Origin: Heteronotia binoei
Lineage: Eukaryota
NCBI RefSeq assembly: GCF_032191835.1
Contig: NC_083227.1
Location: 62,434,001-62,498,000 of the forward strand
Length of the DNA: 64,000 nucleotides
Direction: 5' to 3'
Shown here: in pieces, positions 12,249-23,600 of the stretch
Numbering within the stretch: position 1 is the stretch's first letter
How the letters are laid out: the number at the start of each line of letters is the position of its first letter
Program-made: the position numbers and the translations under genes
The notes under the pieces: model-generated
What the model saw: the letters and a program-made list of their open reading frames with translations, nothing else
Told to the model about the DNA's origin: nothing
Databases searched by the model: none

Positions 12249-13604
12249 GTTGTTTACCTTGACTTCCAGAAAGCTTTTGATAAAGTTCCTCATCAAAGGC
12301 TCCTTAGAAAGCTCGAGAGTCATGGAGTATAAGGACAGGTCCTCTTGTGGATCAAAAACTGGCTAATTAATAGGATGCAGAGAGTGAGTATAAATGGGCA
12401 GTCTTTGCAATGGAGGATGGTAAGCAGTGGGGTGCCACAGGGCTCAGTACTGTGTCCCATGTTCTTTAACTTGTTCATAAATGGCCAAGTTTGCAGATGA
12501 CACTAAATTGTTCAGGGTGGCAAGAACCAGAGAGGATTGTGAGGCACTCCAAAGGGATCTGTCGAGGCTGGGTGAGTGGGCGTCAACATGGCAGATGAGG
12601 TTCAATGTAGCCAAGTGCAAAGTAATGCACATTGGGGCCAAGAATCCCAGCTACAAATACAAGTTGATGGGGTGTGAACTGGCAGAGACTGACGAAGAGA
12701 GAGATCTTGGGGTCGTGGTAGATAACTCACTGAAAATGTCAAGACAGTGTGCGATTGCAATAAAAAAAGGCCAACACCATGCTGGGAATTGAAAACAAAT
12801 CAGCCATCATAATGCCCCTGTATAAATAGATGCTGCGGTCTCATTTGAAATACTGTGTGCAATTCTGGTCACCACACCTCAAAAAGGATATTATAGCATT
12901 GGAAAAAGGGCAGAAAAGGGCAACTAGAATGATTACAGGTTTGGAACACTTTCCCTATGAAGAAAGGTTAAAACGCTTGGGGCTCTTTAGCTTGGAGAAA
13001 CGTCGACTGCGGGGTGACATGATAGAGGTTTACAAGATAATGCATGGGATGGAGAAAGTAGAGAAAGAAGTACTTTTCTCCCTTTCTCACAATACAAGAA
13101 CTCATGAGCATTTGATGAAATTAGTGAGCATTCGGGTTAAAACAGATAAAGGGGAGTACTTCTTCACCCAAAGGGTGATTAACATGTGGAATTCACTGCC
13201 ACAGGAGGTGGTGGCGGCTACAAGCATATACAGCTTCAAGAGGGAGTTAGATAAAAATATGGAGCAGAGGTCCATNNNNNNNNNNNNNNNNNNNNNNNNN
13301 NNNNNNNNNNNNNNNNNNNNNNNNNNNNNNNNNNNNNNNNNNNNNNNNNNNNNNNNNNNNNNNNNNNNNNNNNNNNNNNNNNNNNNNNNNNNNNNNNNNN
13401 NNNNNNNNNNNNNNNNNNNNNNNNNNNNNNNNNNTAACTCACTGAAAATGTCAAGACAGTGTGCGATTGCAATAAAAAAGGCCAACACCATGCTGGGAAT
13501 TGAAAACAAATCAGCCATCATAATGCCCCTGTATAAATAGATGATGCGGTCTCATTTGGAATACTGTGTGCAATTCTGGTCACCGCACCTCAAAAAGGAT
13601 ATAT
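12249..13604 (+). mobile_element. 5'-truncated CR1 LINE (RT C-terminal half), with N gap and a duplicated segment
   Basis: VYLDFQKAFDKVPHQ, KFADDTKLF and CVQFWSPHLKKD motifs. 13435-13604 repeats about 12724-12890. Confidence 0.92.
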
Positions 13605-16600
13605 GGGGGGGGAGGGGTGGGCTCCCTCTTGGGTATCCTGCCCTCCCCAGGGAAAGTGTATGCGCAATACATAGCCTCTCCTTCCCGGTGTAGTGAACGC
13701 CGCGTGGTCACTGTCCGGCTATGCCTGGCAGATGGTCACTGCAATGGCCTCTCCTGCATTACTGCATCCGTGGCAACACCTTCCCGCTGGTCCCCCCCCA
13801 CCGTTTCTCACAGAGTTTGCCACGTCATGGTGTGACCGAATGTCCGGCAGTATAACCGGATGGGCAGGCTGGGCCCACCAACCTCGCCAGCCAAGAGAAG
13901 GAAAACTCTAACATCAAACCCGGGCAGATAGAGCACATTAATGTAACACCTACCACCTGGAGGACTCGCTGCCGGCGTCCCGGCTTACTGGGCCATGGCA
14001 GATGACCCCAAGGTGAAAGGGTGCTTCACCTAAAAATTCCTCTGCACAGGCCTGAAGGGCATATCCACAACCCACAACACACCAAGTCCTGCAGCGATGG
14101 GCAAGGGGCAAAACGGCAGGTGGAAGATGCCACTGGAAGCCGCAGTCCCGATCCTGAATGTAGGTGGTTCAGGGTATTGGTCGCCTGATGCTGACCCGGA
14201 GACAAAAGCATCTTTCGGCAGCACCCTGAATGATCAAGCAGCCTTATCTAGGGATAGCACTGCTTGCTCCACACGGAGAGGGGCCAAGAAAAGGTGGCCT
14301 AAACAAAGCTCGTCTCCCCCCCCCCCCCCGCCAGTTGGCTAGCCGCGGTCAACGGGCATCCTTACTTGCGGTCAAAAAATAACAACAAAGAAAAGGCATG
14401 CACCTGCCTCACAAAGTGTGCAAAGACTTAAGCTTGCAAGTTGGAACATCAGAACCATGCTTGACACAGTAGACAGTGGTCGCCCTGAACGACACTCTGC
14501 TCTAGTTGCCCACGAACTTCTCAGGTTGAATATTGACATAGCAGCTCTCAATGAGGTAAGTTTCCCTTAGGAAGGTAGTCTTCAAGAACATGGTGCTGGC
14601 TATACCCTCTACTGGTCGGGTAAGTCAAAGGCTGAGAGCCGCCTTTCTGGCGTTGGCTTCATGGTCAGGAACTCCATTGCCTCCAAACTCGAAAACCTGC
14701 CAACAGGTCACTCAGATCGCATCATGTCCATGCGCCTCCCACTTCAAAACAAGCAGCATGCAATACTCTTCAGTGTGTATGCCCCAACCCTTCAAGCAGA
14801 TCCTGCAGAAAAGAACAAGTTCTATGCTGATCTACGCAACCTCGTACGGAAGACCCCTACAGAGGACAAGGTGATCATCCTTGGTGACTTCAATGCCAGA
14901 GTAGGTAAAGACTCGGAAGCCTGGAAAGGAGTACTTGGCAAACACGGCATTGGCAACTGCAATGATAACGGGCGCCTCCTGCTAGAATTCTGCACAGAGA
15001 ACCAGCTCACCATCACCAACACTATCTTTTAGCAGAAGAACAGCCTGAAGACAACCTGGATGCACCCACGGTCCAAGCACTGGCACCTTATCGACTACAT
15101 TCTGGTGCGCCAGAGAGACCTTTGAGATGTCTTACACACCCGAGTAATGCCCAGTGCGGAATGTCATACGGATCATCGTCTTGTACGCTGCAATCTCCGT
15201 CTTCACTTTAAACCCACACCCAGGAGAGGAGGTATCCCTCGGAGGAAGCTTCAGGTTGGCAGCCTTCAGTCAGCCAAAGCTAAAGCTGCCTTCCAGGCAA
15301 AACTCCAGTCACGAATTGAGGACCCCAGTTGCCCCACAGACCCTTCTCCAGAAGCACTCTGGGAACACCTAAAAACTACCATCCTGTCGATCTCTGAAGA
15401 AGTCCTCGGGTTCTCCACAAGGAAAAACAAGGACTGGTTTGACGAGAACAATCAAGAGATCCAAGAATTACTAGCAAAAAAGAGATCTGCCTACCAAGCA
15501 CATCTTGCTCAGCCCTCCTGTCCCGGGAAAAAAGCAATCTTTCGCGCTGCATGTAGCATCCTCCAGCGCAAGCTTCGAGACATTCAGAACGAATGGTGGA
15601 CCAAGCTTGCAGAGAGAACCCAGCTGTGTGCAGACACTGGTGATTTAAGAGGGTTCTACGAAGCCCTGAAGGCAGTATATGGCCCATCATATCAGGCTCA
15701 GAGTCCCTTGCGTAGTGCAGACGGCCAAGTGCTCCTCACAGACAAGGCATCCATACTGAATCAGTGGTCGGAGTATTTTCAGGCTCTCTTCAGTGCCAAC
15801 CGCGTAATTCAAGATTCAGCAATCCACCTCACCCCACTTCAACCAGTGAAAACAGAGTTGGATGAGATCCCCACCCTAGAAGAGACTGTTAAAGCCATCA
15901 AGCAACTGAAAAGTGGCAAGGCAGCGGGAGTTGATGGAATCCCACCAGAGATCTGGAAGCATGGGGGCACAGTACTACATAGCACACTTCACAAAGTACT
16001 TGTCACCTGCTGGGAACAAGGCAAACTACCACAGGACTTTCGCAATGCAATCATCATCACTCTACACAAGAACAAAGGGGAAAAGTCAGACTGCTCCAAC
16101 TACCAGAGCAGTCCAGCAGTTCAGCTACCTAGGGTGCATCATCTCCTCAGATGCCAAGATCGACAAGGAGATTGACAACAGGCTGGCAAAGGCAAATCGT
16201 GCATTTGGCCGACTGCACAAAAGAGTGTGGAGCAACAAGCATCTGAAAAAAGGCACAAAGATCAATGTTTACAAAGCGGTTGTGATGACAACCCTCATCT
16301 ACGGCTCCGAATCATGGGTTTTATACCGTCATCACCTGCGACTCCTTGAGCGCTTTCATCAGCGCTGCCTTCGCACCATCCTCAACATCCACTGGAGTGA
16401 CTTTGTGACCAACACTGAAGTCCTCAAGAGGGCGGAGGTTACAAGCATCGAAGCACTGCTGTTGAAGACGCAGCTGCGCTGGGCAGGGCATATTTCTAGG
16501 ATGGAAAACCACCGCCTTCCCAAGATTGCTCTGTATGGCGAACTTTCCACCGGCCATCGAAATAGAGGGGCACCAAAGAAGAGGTACAAGGACTCCTTGA

Positions 16601-16928
16601 AGAAATCCCTTGGCACCTGTCGCATCAACCATCACCAGTGGTCTGACCTAGCCTCAGATCGCAAAGCATGGAGGCACACCATCCACCAGGCTGTCTCTTC
16701 CTTTGAGAACGCACGCATAGCTGGTCTTGAGGACAAAAGGAGATTGAGGAAGAATCGCACTGCTACAGCACCAACCCCAAATCAGACTTTTCACTGCAGC
16801 CACTGTGGCCGGATCTGCCTGTCCCGCATTGGTCTTGTCAGCCACCAGTGAGCCTGCAGCAGACGTGGACTACTGCACCCTTCTTAAATCTTCGTTCGCG
16901 AAGTCAAGCCGAGAGAGAGAGAGAGAGA
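13605..16928 (+). mobile_element. RTE-clade LINE, near full-length ends, RT core deleted, pseudogenised
   Basis: GC-rich 5'UTR of about 800 bp. APE endonuclease motifs LASWNIRTM, DIAALNE, VIILGDFNARVG and TDHRLV. KAAGVDGIPPEIWK precedes an abrupt jump from CSNY to VQQFSYLG. C-terminal CSHCGRICLSRIGLVSH Zn-finger, (GA)n tail, and in-frame stops near 14567, 15030 and 15124. Confidence 0.93.
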
Positions 16929-17014
16929 ATTTTTTTGGCCACTGTGTGACACAAAGTGTTGGACTGAATGGGCCATTGGCCTGATTCAACATGGCTTCTC
17001 TTATGTTCTTATGT
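16929..17014 (+). mobile_element. CR1 3' terminus
   Basis: ggactgaatgggccattggcctgattcaacatggcttctcttatgttcttatg; same end as the CR1 at 61829 (reverse orientation). Confidence 0.9.
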
Positions 17015-17284
17015 ATGGATTAGTGTGCTCTGGGATCCTCCTTCCTGAGCTAAGACAAAAATGTGTGAGCGGGAGGCTAAAAATCTGTGAGCTAGCTCAC
17101 ACTAACTCAGCTTAGAAGGAACACTGCTTATGGTTTGTTACCTTGTCATGGGTTTGTTGGTGATCTGCCAGATCGAATTGTGTATCTTTATAGTATTTTG
17201 TTTTGTGTACTTAATTTGGTAAGGTATTTTGAGTTCTCAAAATGGGAGAAAAGCACTGTAAAATATTTAAATAAATGCCATATG

Positions 17285-18839
17285 AGTGTGGCCACCAATT
17301 AAGATTATCATCGTGGGTCTGGTCTGCTAGAAGAACAGACTGACGATGTCTCTTGCTGAATCCTCCAAGACTACAAACACCAAAGAGCAAGCTAGATAGC
17401 TAGGACAATATCAGTCTCCTTCCTGACTACTTTACTATCACTCAGAATGAGTGTAGAATGTAATCTCAGGGAACTTTCTTTCTCCTCGTTCTCTTCCTCT
17501 TCCTTCTTCTTCCCTGTATGCATCAGGAGGAACAGCATGGTGTCTCTTCTCCTGATCTGAACTAAGCAGATGGCCAACTATCAATCCAAAGACATCCACA
17601 CTTAGCTAGAAATAGTCACTCTTTCTCTCCACTACACTTATATATTATGTTTCTTTACAAAAATCCACCAGTATTGGTTTCTTAACGTAAAGCAAAGGCT
17701 CTCTGTATAATTTGTGAGACAGTGTGGTAACCATTAGACTAGGCCATGCTGCTGCACTGAAACTCAGAAAGAGCACTCTACTAAATGAAGGTAAGGAAGG
17801 CTGCCTGACCAGTCCAGCCATCCTAAACCAGACGCAACATGACCTATGTAGTTCCACTTCTACAGTCTATGAGTGTGCGTCATGGGTCAGCCAGCTGCCA
17901 CCTCATTCTGCTTGAAGGAATCCAAAGAGGCCCCACACCAGTGGAATACTCACCTGAGCAGCTGGGTAAAGAAGCAGACCCAATAGGAGCAACATCAGGA
18001 AGTGAGAATGCTTCCCAGTCACACAACCAGGCTGCTCATTCTGGCAGAAGAAGAAAGAAATACCATAGAGGCCAGTGTCTCAGTCTCTGCCAATTTCTCC
18101 TGAACCAGCAGAGCACAAAGGAGGGGAGAATGCTTAACAGTTCTAGAGAAGTGTTTGCCTGCTTGCTCAGCAGAGATCAGTGTTAATTTCTGGAGTGAAG
18201 TTCTTACAGGATCAGGATTGACAGGGAAAGAGTAAAGCCCTGTAACTGGAGGAAGATGAACACAACTGTAAGGAGCAAAGCTACTGTAAGAAGTCGCCTC
18301 AGGTGAGTCAACAAAAGGAGACAGATAAAAGGAACAGAGAGAGTAAGGCTTGAGAACCAGTATGGTGTAGTGATTAGGAGCACGGACTCTAATCTGGGAA
18401 AACCAAGTTTGATTCCTCATTCCTCCATATGTAGTTGCCAGTGTGACCTTGGGTCAGTCACAAGCTTCCTCAGAGCCATTCTCTCAAGCGCAGTTGTTGA
18501 AAGAGCTCTCCCAGCCCCACCTAGCTCACAGGGTGTTGTGGTGAGGGAAAGGGAAAGGAGATTATAAACTGCTCTGAGAGTCTGAATGAAGGTTGTGGTA
18601 TAAAATCCAATCTCTTCTTCTTGGCATGGAAGTAACTTTGCTCACTACCCTAACTTACTGCCTTATCTCTAGTAACCTGTACTTGATGGTCCTACAACTT
18701 GGGCCCTTGACTCTCCTTGCCCTGATCCTTGGATTGGACCTTCAACATCTGACTTCAGACTGGTTTGTATCTATTGTTACTGTATTTGCATATCCCAGTA
18801 ATGCCGGGTAAAGTAACAATGCCAGGCTTGGCCTTGACA
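17285..18839. mobile_element. LTR-like sequence interrupted by a SINE, lying among L2 remnants
   Basis: One end is ...GGCCTTGACA (TGTCAAGGCC on minus), with LTR-like non-coding composition. The other end and a TSD were not found. Confidence 0.3.
18352..18621 (+). mobile_element. Squam3-type tRNA-derived SINE
   Basis: Box A tggtgtagtga, box B agtttgattcc, body similar to 59359-59643, (TTC) tail. Confidence 0.85.
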
Positions 18840-20179
18840 GTGCGCATCAGAGACATGGCCTTCTCAGTAGCAGCACCCAAGCTTTTCAACTTGCTCTTCA
18901 TAGGAGCAACATTTATCACCTTGCAGGAGAAGTAAAGATTTGGGGGGGGGGGGGGTTGTTTTCTACTTTTCCTAAGTCTTTTTATTCCCTTATCTAGTAC
19001 AGCCGTATTAGCAGCCTTGCTTTTCTATCATTATTGTTTTTGAAATCTCTTTCTGAATCAATACTGGCTGTTTTTATGGTTTTTAAGAACTTTCTGATTT
19101 TAATCCGCTGCTCTTTAAACTGTTTTGCTTATACATTGTTAAGATAATAATGTTTAATTTTTTTTTAATTCTGCTTTTGCTGCTTATTTAGGATATATTT
19201 TTTTAATTTTTCATTGTCATTTATAACTATTGTTTTAAATTGCCTCAGATGTTCATATAAAGAGGCAGAATAAAATAATGTTGGGGGTTCAATTTGGGAA
19301 AGTGAAGGAGACTCCACGTGCATGTTCTTTTGCAAACTGTAGGAATATTTTGGATAACTGAGAATTCAATATTTAAAGAAACTGGTCTTACCAAAGGGTC
19401 AAGCAACATGTGATTACAACAAACCTAAATCAAATAATTATTATTCACCATATGTTCTTTAATTTTTGACTAATTTACAATCCAACCCAAAACAGACTTA
19501 CATCCTCCAAAACCCACTGATTTCTGTAGTTATACACCAGTAGCTAATTAACAGCAGATGGAAGGTAAATATTTTGACTATTTGCCAGGTCAGCTTACAT
19601 ACAGCTGCAGAAAGGGAAGAAGTGGGGGGAGATTAAAATAGAGTAGGAATTTGTCTAGAACAGAAAATGGTGTCCTATAAATTTTAGAAATGACTTGACA
19701 AAAAGTCTGTTGCTCTGGATCTCAATTTGCTAGCTTCCTGCTTGGTCTCTAATTGATCAGCAAATAGGCTAGTGCAAAAAGCAGTGTAAATCTCCAATGT
19801 TCTCTCATTCACAAGCCTATCCTTTAACTTTCCAGTAATCAGGGAAATGTATTACAGGAAACAATAAGGTTTCTGAAGAAAAAAAAGCCTTCAAAATATT
19901 AATGAAACAAAAAATGGCAATTCAGCATGCAGAACAGTTTCCTTTAAAGTGGTTTCGTAGGGCAAATTATGTGTTATGTTGGCAGCAGCACTGGGCCCAT
20001 AGTCCAAACATGCATGGCAATATAAAGCTCTCTGGTTGGTTGCGTGTACAAAGAGATGCCCAGAAGGCTTTGGCCAATTACAGCAACACTAGAGAAAGAC
20101 TTTATTTTTCTGGCATGGTTATAATTATCCTGAACCACATGGGTACCTATTCATACAACAGCTAGCAATTTAGAGAACC

Positions 20180-20660
20180 ATATAAATGGTTCAATATTGT
20201 GGCAGCAAAAGTGCCAGAAGCCTACTGACTAAACCGACCCAATAATTAATTGCCAAGTGGAATCTCTAGCAAAGACTCTCCATTTAAGGAAGAGTCTCTT
20301 ATTACAGAGTATGTGTGTGTATGCATATATACACATACATTCATGCATGCATTTATACATGCATACATATTTACATACCTCACACAAATCAAGATTTTCA
20401 GGACTCCTATTGGGCTGAAACGAGCTATAAAAATCTTAGCTTGGTACTGTGATTCCAATCATGTGAAAATCAATTATCAGAAATTGAAGCTTCTAGTGTT
20501 TGCCAACAACCCCAAATTATATCAATGGAGGATTAATTCAGTAGACATTAAGCAGGTTCACAGTTTCAAATATTGAGGAATAATTTTTCAGTCCTTAGGT
20601 TCCAGGAAGGCACACATGGATTATGTTACTACAAGCGCAACTAAAAGCATGGGCACAACT
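20180..20660 (+). mobile_element. Degraded LINE RT C-terminal fragment (RTE-X/L2-like), left flank of the DIRS element
   Basis: AIKILAWYCDSNHVKINYQKLKLLVF...WRINSVDIKQVHSFKY*GIIFQ matches the LINE post-RT pattern YC..N.L.IN..K.K...I.QV..FKYLG. Confidence 0.65.
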
Positions 20661-23600
20661 GAGAAAGACAGGTTGCTTACCTGTAACTGTAGATCTTCGA
20701 GTGGTCATCTGTGCATTCACACTCAAGGAATAGAGCGCCTGCACCGATCCCCAAATCGGTACCTAAAAAGCCCGGGATTTTTTGCACTCAGCACCCAGTG
20801 AGCATGCGCAGGAGCCCCAGCATGCATGCTCACCAGAGCCAGCGCGAGGATCCCGCCAGTTCCTTTCTGATGCTGGAAGCCCCTAAAATAGGGAGACCGC
20901 CAGCAGTGGGGAAGGAGGGCGGGTAGTGTGAATGCACAGATGACCACTCGAAGATCTACAGTTACAGGTAAGCAACCTATCTTCTTTGTGGTCTCTGTGC
21001 TTCACACTCATGGGAGATTAGCAAGCCAGACATACCTGGAGGCGGGAGCAGATGGTCAACCAGAAAAGACAGCTTGCAGCACCACAGCTCCCAAACGAGT
21101 CCTCTGCTGAACATGCACATCCAGAGCGTAATGCTTCATGAAAGCATATGGAGAGGACCATGTGGCAGCCTTGCAAACGTCCATCAAGGAAACACCCTTC
21201 AGGAACACCACCGATGTCACCATGGCCCTAGTAGAGTGTCCACGAATGGGTCCAGGCAACGGCTTCTTTGCCAGCAAGTAGCACAATTTAATAGTTTCAG
21301 TAAGCCACTTTGAAAGCCTCTGAGATTAAATTCTAGAACCCAACTTAGGAGCAGCATAAGACACAAAGAGATGCTGGTCCTGACAAAAGCTGTTAGAGCG
21401 ACTCAGATAAAAAAGTAACGCATGCTTAACATCCAAGGCGTGCAACCGATGCTCCTCATCTGAAGTAGGCGTAAGGTAAACGTAGGTAACCAAACTTCCA
21501 ACTTAAGGTGAAACTGGGAAACCACCTTAGGGAGAAACAAGACATCAGGAGCCAACGAAACTCCGGACTCATGAAACACTAAATATGGGTGGTCACAACG
21601 CATAGCCATGAGCTCCCCCACTCAGCGCACCGACGTAATCGCCACCAGAAATGCAGTCTTCCAGGATAGGAGCTGTAAGGAACAGGTTGCCATTGGTTCA
21701 AAAGGGCGCCTGGTCAACCTATCCAAAACTAACGGCAAATCCCACAACTGTGGGGGTGTTCTAGACAGAGGATGCAAGGAATTCCCTTCAGGAATTGCTT
21801 TGAATGAGGATGAGCAAACACTGAATGCCCCTCAACCGACTCATGTTGAGCTGATATAGCTGATAAATAAACTTTCACAGAGGAAAAGGAAAGGCCAGCA
21901 TCAATCAGAGACAAAAGAAAATAAAAAATTACAGGTAACCCCACCCATTGGGGTGAGATTGCAGCGTCAGCCAAAAAAAATGGACAAATCTTTCCCATTT
22001 CCTTTCATAGGAAATACAGGTAGACAACTTCCGACTATTCAGGAAAACGTGATGGACTCTACTTGCAAATTCGCAGGATCGATGAACCACACTGTCAACT
22101 TTAGGTGAAGTACATTGTGGTGAAACACTTGCCCTTCCTGGGCCAAAAGAAGGTCTGGTTCCACTGGAAAATGATTAAAAACTCCCCGCGCTAGGTGGAG
22201 CACAATCAGAAATCAATTTTGCCAAGGCCACCACGGCATGATTAGTATGCACCTCGGTTCCTTCCTCTTTATCTTGTTGACTACTCTTGTAGGCGGAAGG
22301 GGCGGAAACAGGTAAAGAAAGAGACCCTTCCACTGGAACATTAGACTGTCCCCCAAGGAAGCCAGATCTATCCCTCCCCTTGTGCAAAACAAGAGACACT
22401 TCCGATTCAGGGCTGTGGCAAAGACATTGATCTGAGGATATCCCCAGAGCTGGAACACATGTTGATGGAAATGCCAATGTACCTCCCATTCGTGCGGAGA
22501 CGCGGCTTCTCTGATCAAGGAATCTGCCTGGAGATTGAGTACCCCTGGAAGATGAGAGGCCTTCACATAGATGCCCTGATCCAAACATTCCAGCCACAGC
22601 TCCATTGCTAGAGTACAGGGTTTTGGGGAGACTGTCTCATCCTGTCTGTTGACGTAACAAAGGGCTGTAGTGTTCCCCATCAGCACAGCCAAAACCTTTC
22701 CCGCTACTAAGGGACGGAAGGACCAAAGGGCAAAATGAATTGCCAACAATTCCAGATAGTTTATATGGCAAAGGGTCAGCTGTGGTGGCCACGGAGCCCC
22801 CAAACACAGAGTATCCATGTGAGCGCCCCATCCCCATATGGACACATCCGAGGTGATCGTAACTGTTGTTACAGGCAAATGGAAGGGAGCTCCTTGACAG
22901 ATGTTGGCTCTGAAGGTCCACCATTCCAGGGACCGGAGGATCGAGGGTGGAATACTGAACTTCTTTCAAGGTGAGTCCCTTAGGGGACGAAATTTTCTGA
23001 GAAACCAAAGTTGAAGCCCTCGCATGCGAAGCTTCGCAAACAACAACACACTTGTAGTCGCTGCCATCAGTCCCAGCAGCCACTGCAACTGTTGTGCCGT
23101 GCCCCATTTCCTGACTTGAAAAAGGTGAATTAGGGTGATAATGTCCATTGCCCGCTGTTGAGGCAGAAAAGCACGATGAAGGACCGTGTCCAAAAGAGCC
23201 CCGATAAATTGAACTTTCCTTGATGGCAGCAAATGACACTTTTTCATGTTGACCTGCAGACCTAGGGTATGGAGAAGACAGAGAGTTGTTGCAATATGGC
23301 CAGACAGACGCTCTTTCGAGTCCGCCACAAGGAGCCAGTCGTCTATATACGGGAAAACGACTATGCCTTGAAGCCGGAGGTGTGCTGCTACAACGCTCAT
23401 CATCTTGGTAAACACCCGCGGTGCAGTACACAAACCAAACTGAAGGGCTTTAAACTGAAAATGGTTGGAGCCTATCGCAAACCTGAGGAAGTACCTGTAA
23501 GATGGATGGATGCTGACATGGAAGTAGGCATCCTTCAGGTCCAAGGTCGCCATCCAGTCTCCTTGGCTGATAAGGGAAAGGAATGTTTGTAGAGTAGACA

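Larger units (their letters stand above)
12165..17126. mobile_element. hAT non-autonomous MITE split by nested CR1 and RTE insertions (own sequence about 12165-12248 and 17015-17126)
   Basis: TIRs caatgttccctctaagctg / cagcttagaaggaacactg. Perfect 8-bp TSD CTTATGGT at 12157-12164 and 17127-17134. Confidence 0.9.

Noticed and set aside
17144-18839. LTR bounded by TGTCA (17144) and TGACA (18839)
   Set aside because: No TSD, and 17135-17260 looks like an L2 3' tail, so the left TGTCA is probably coincidental.
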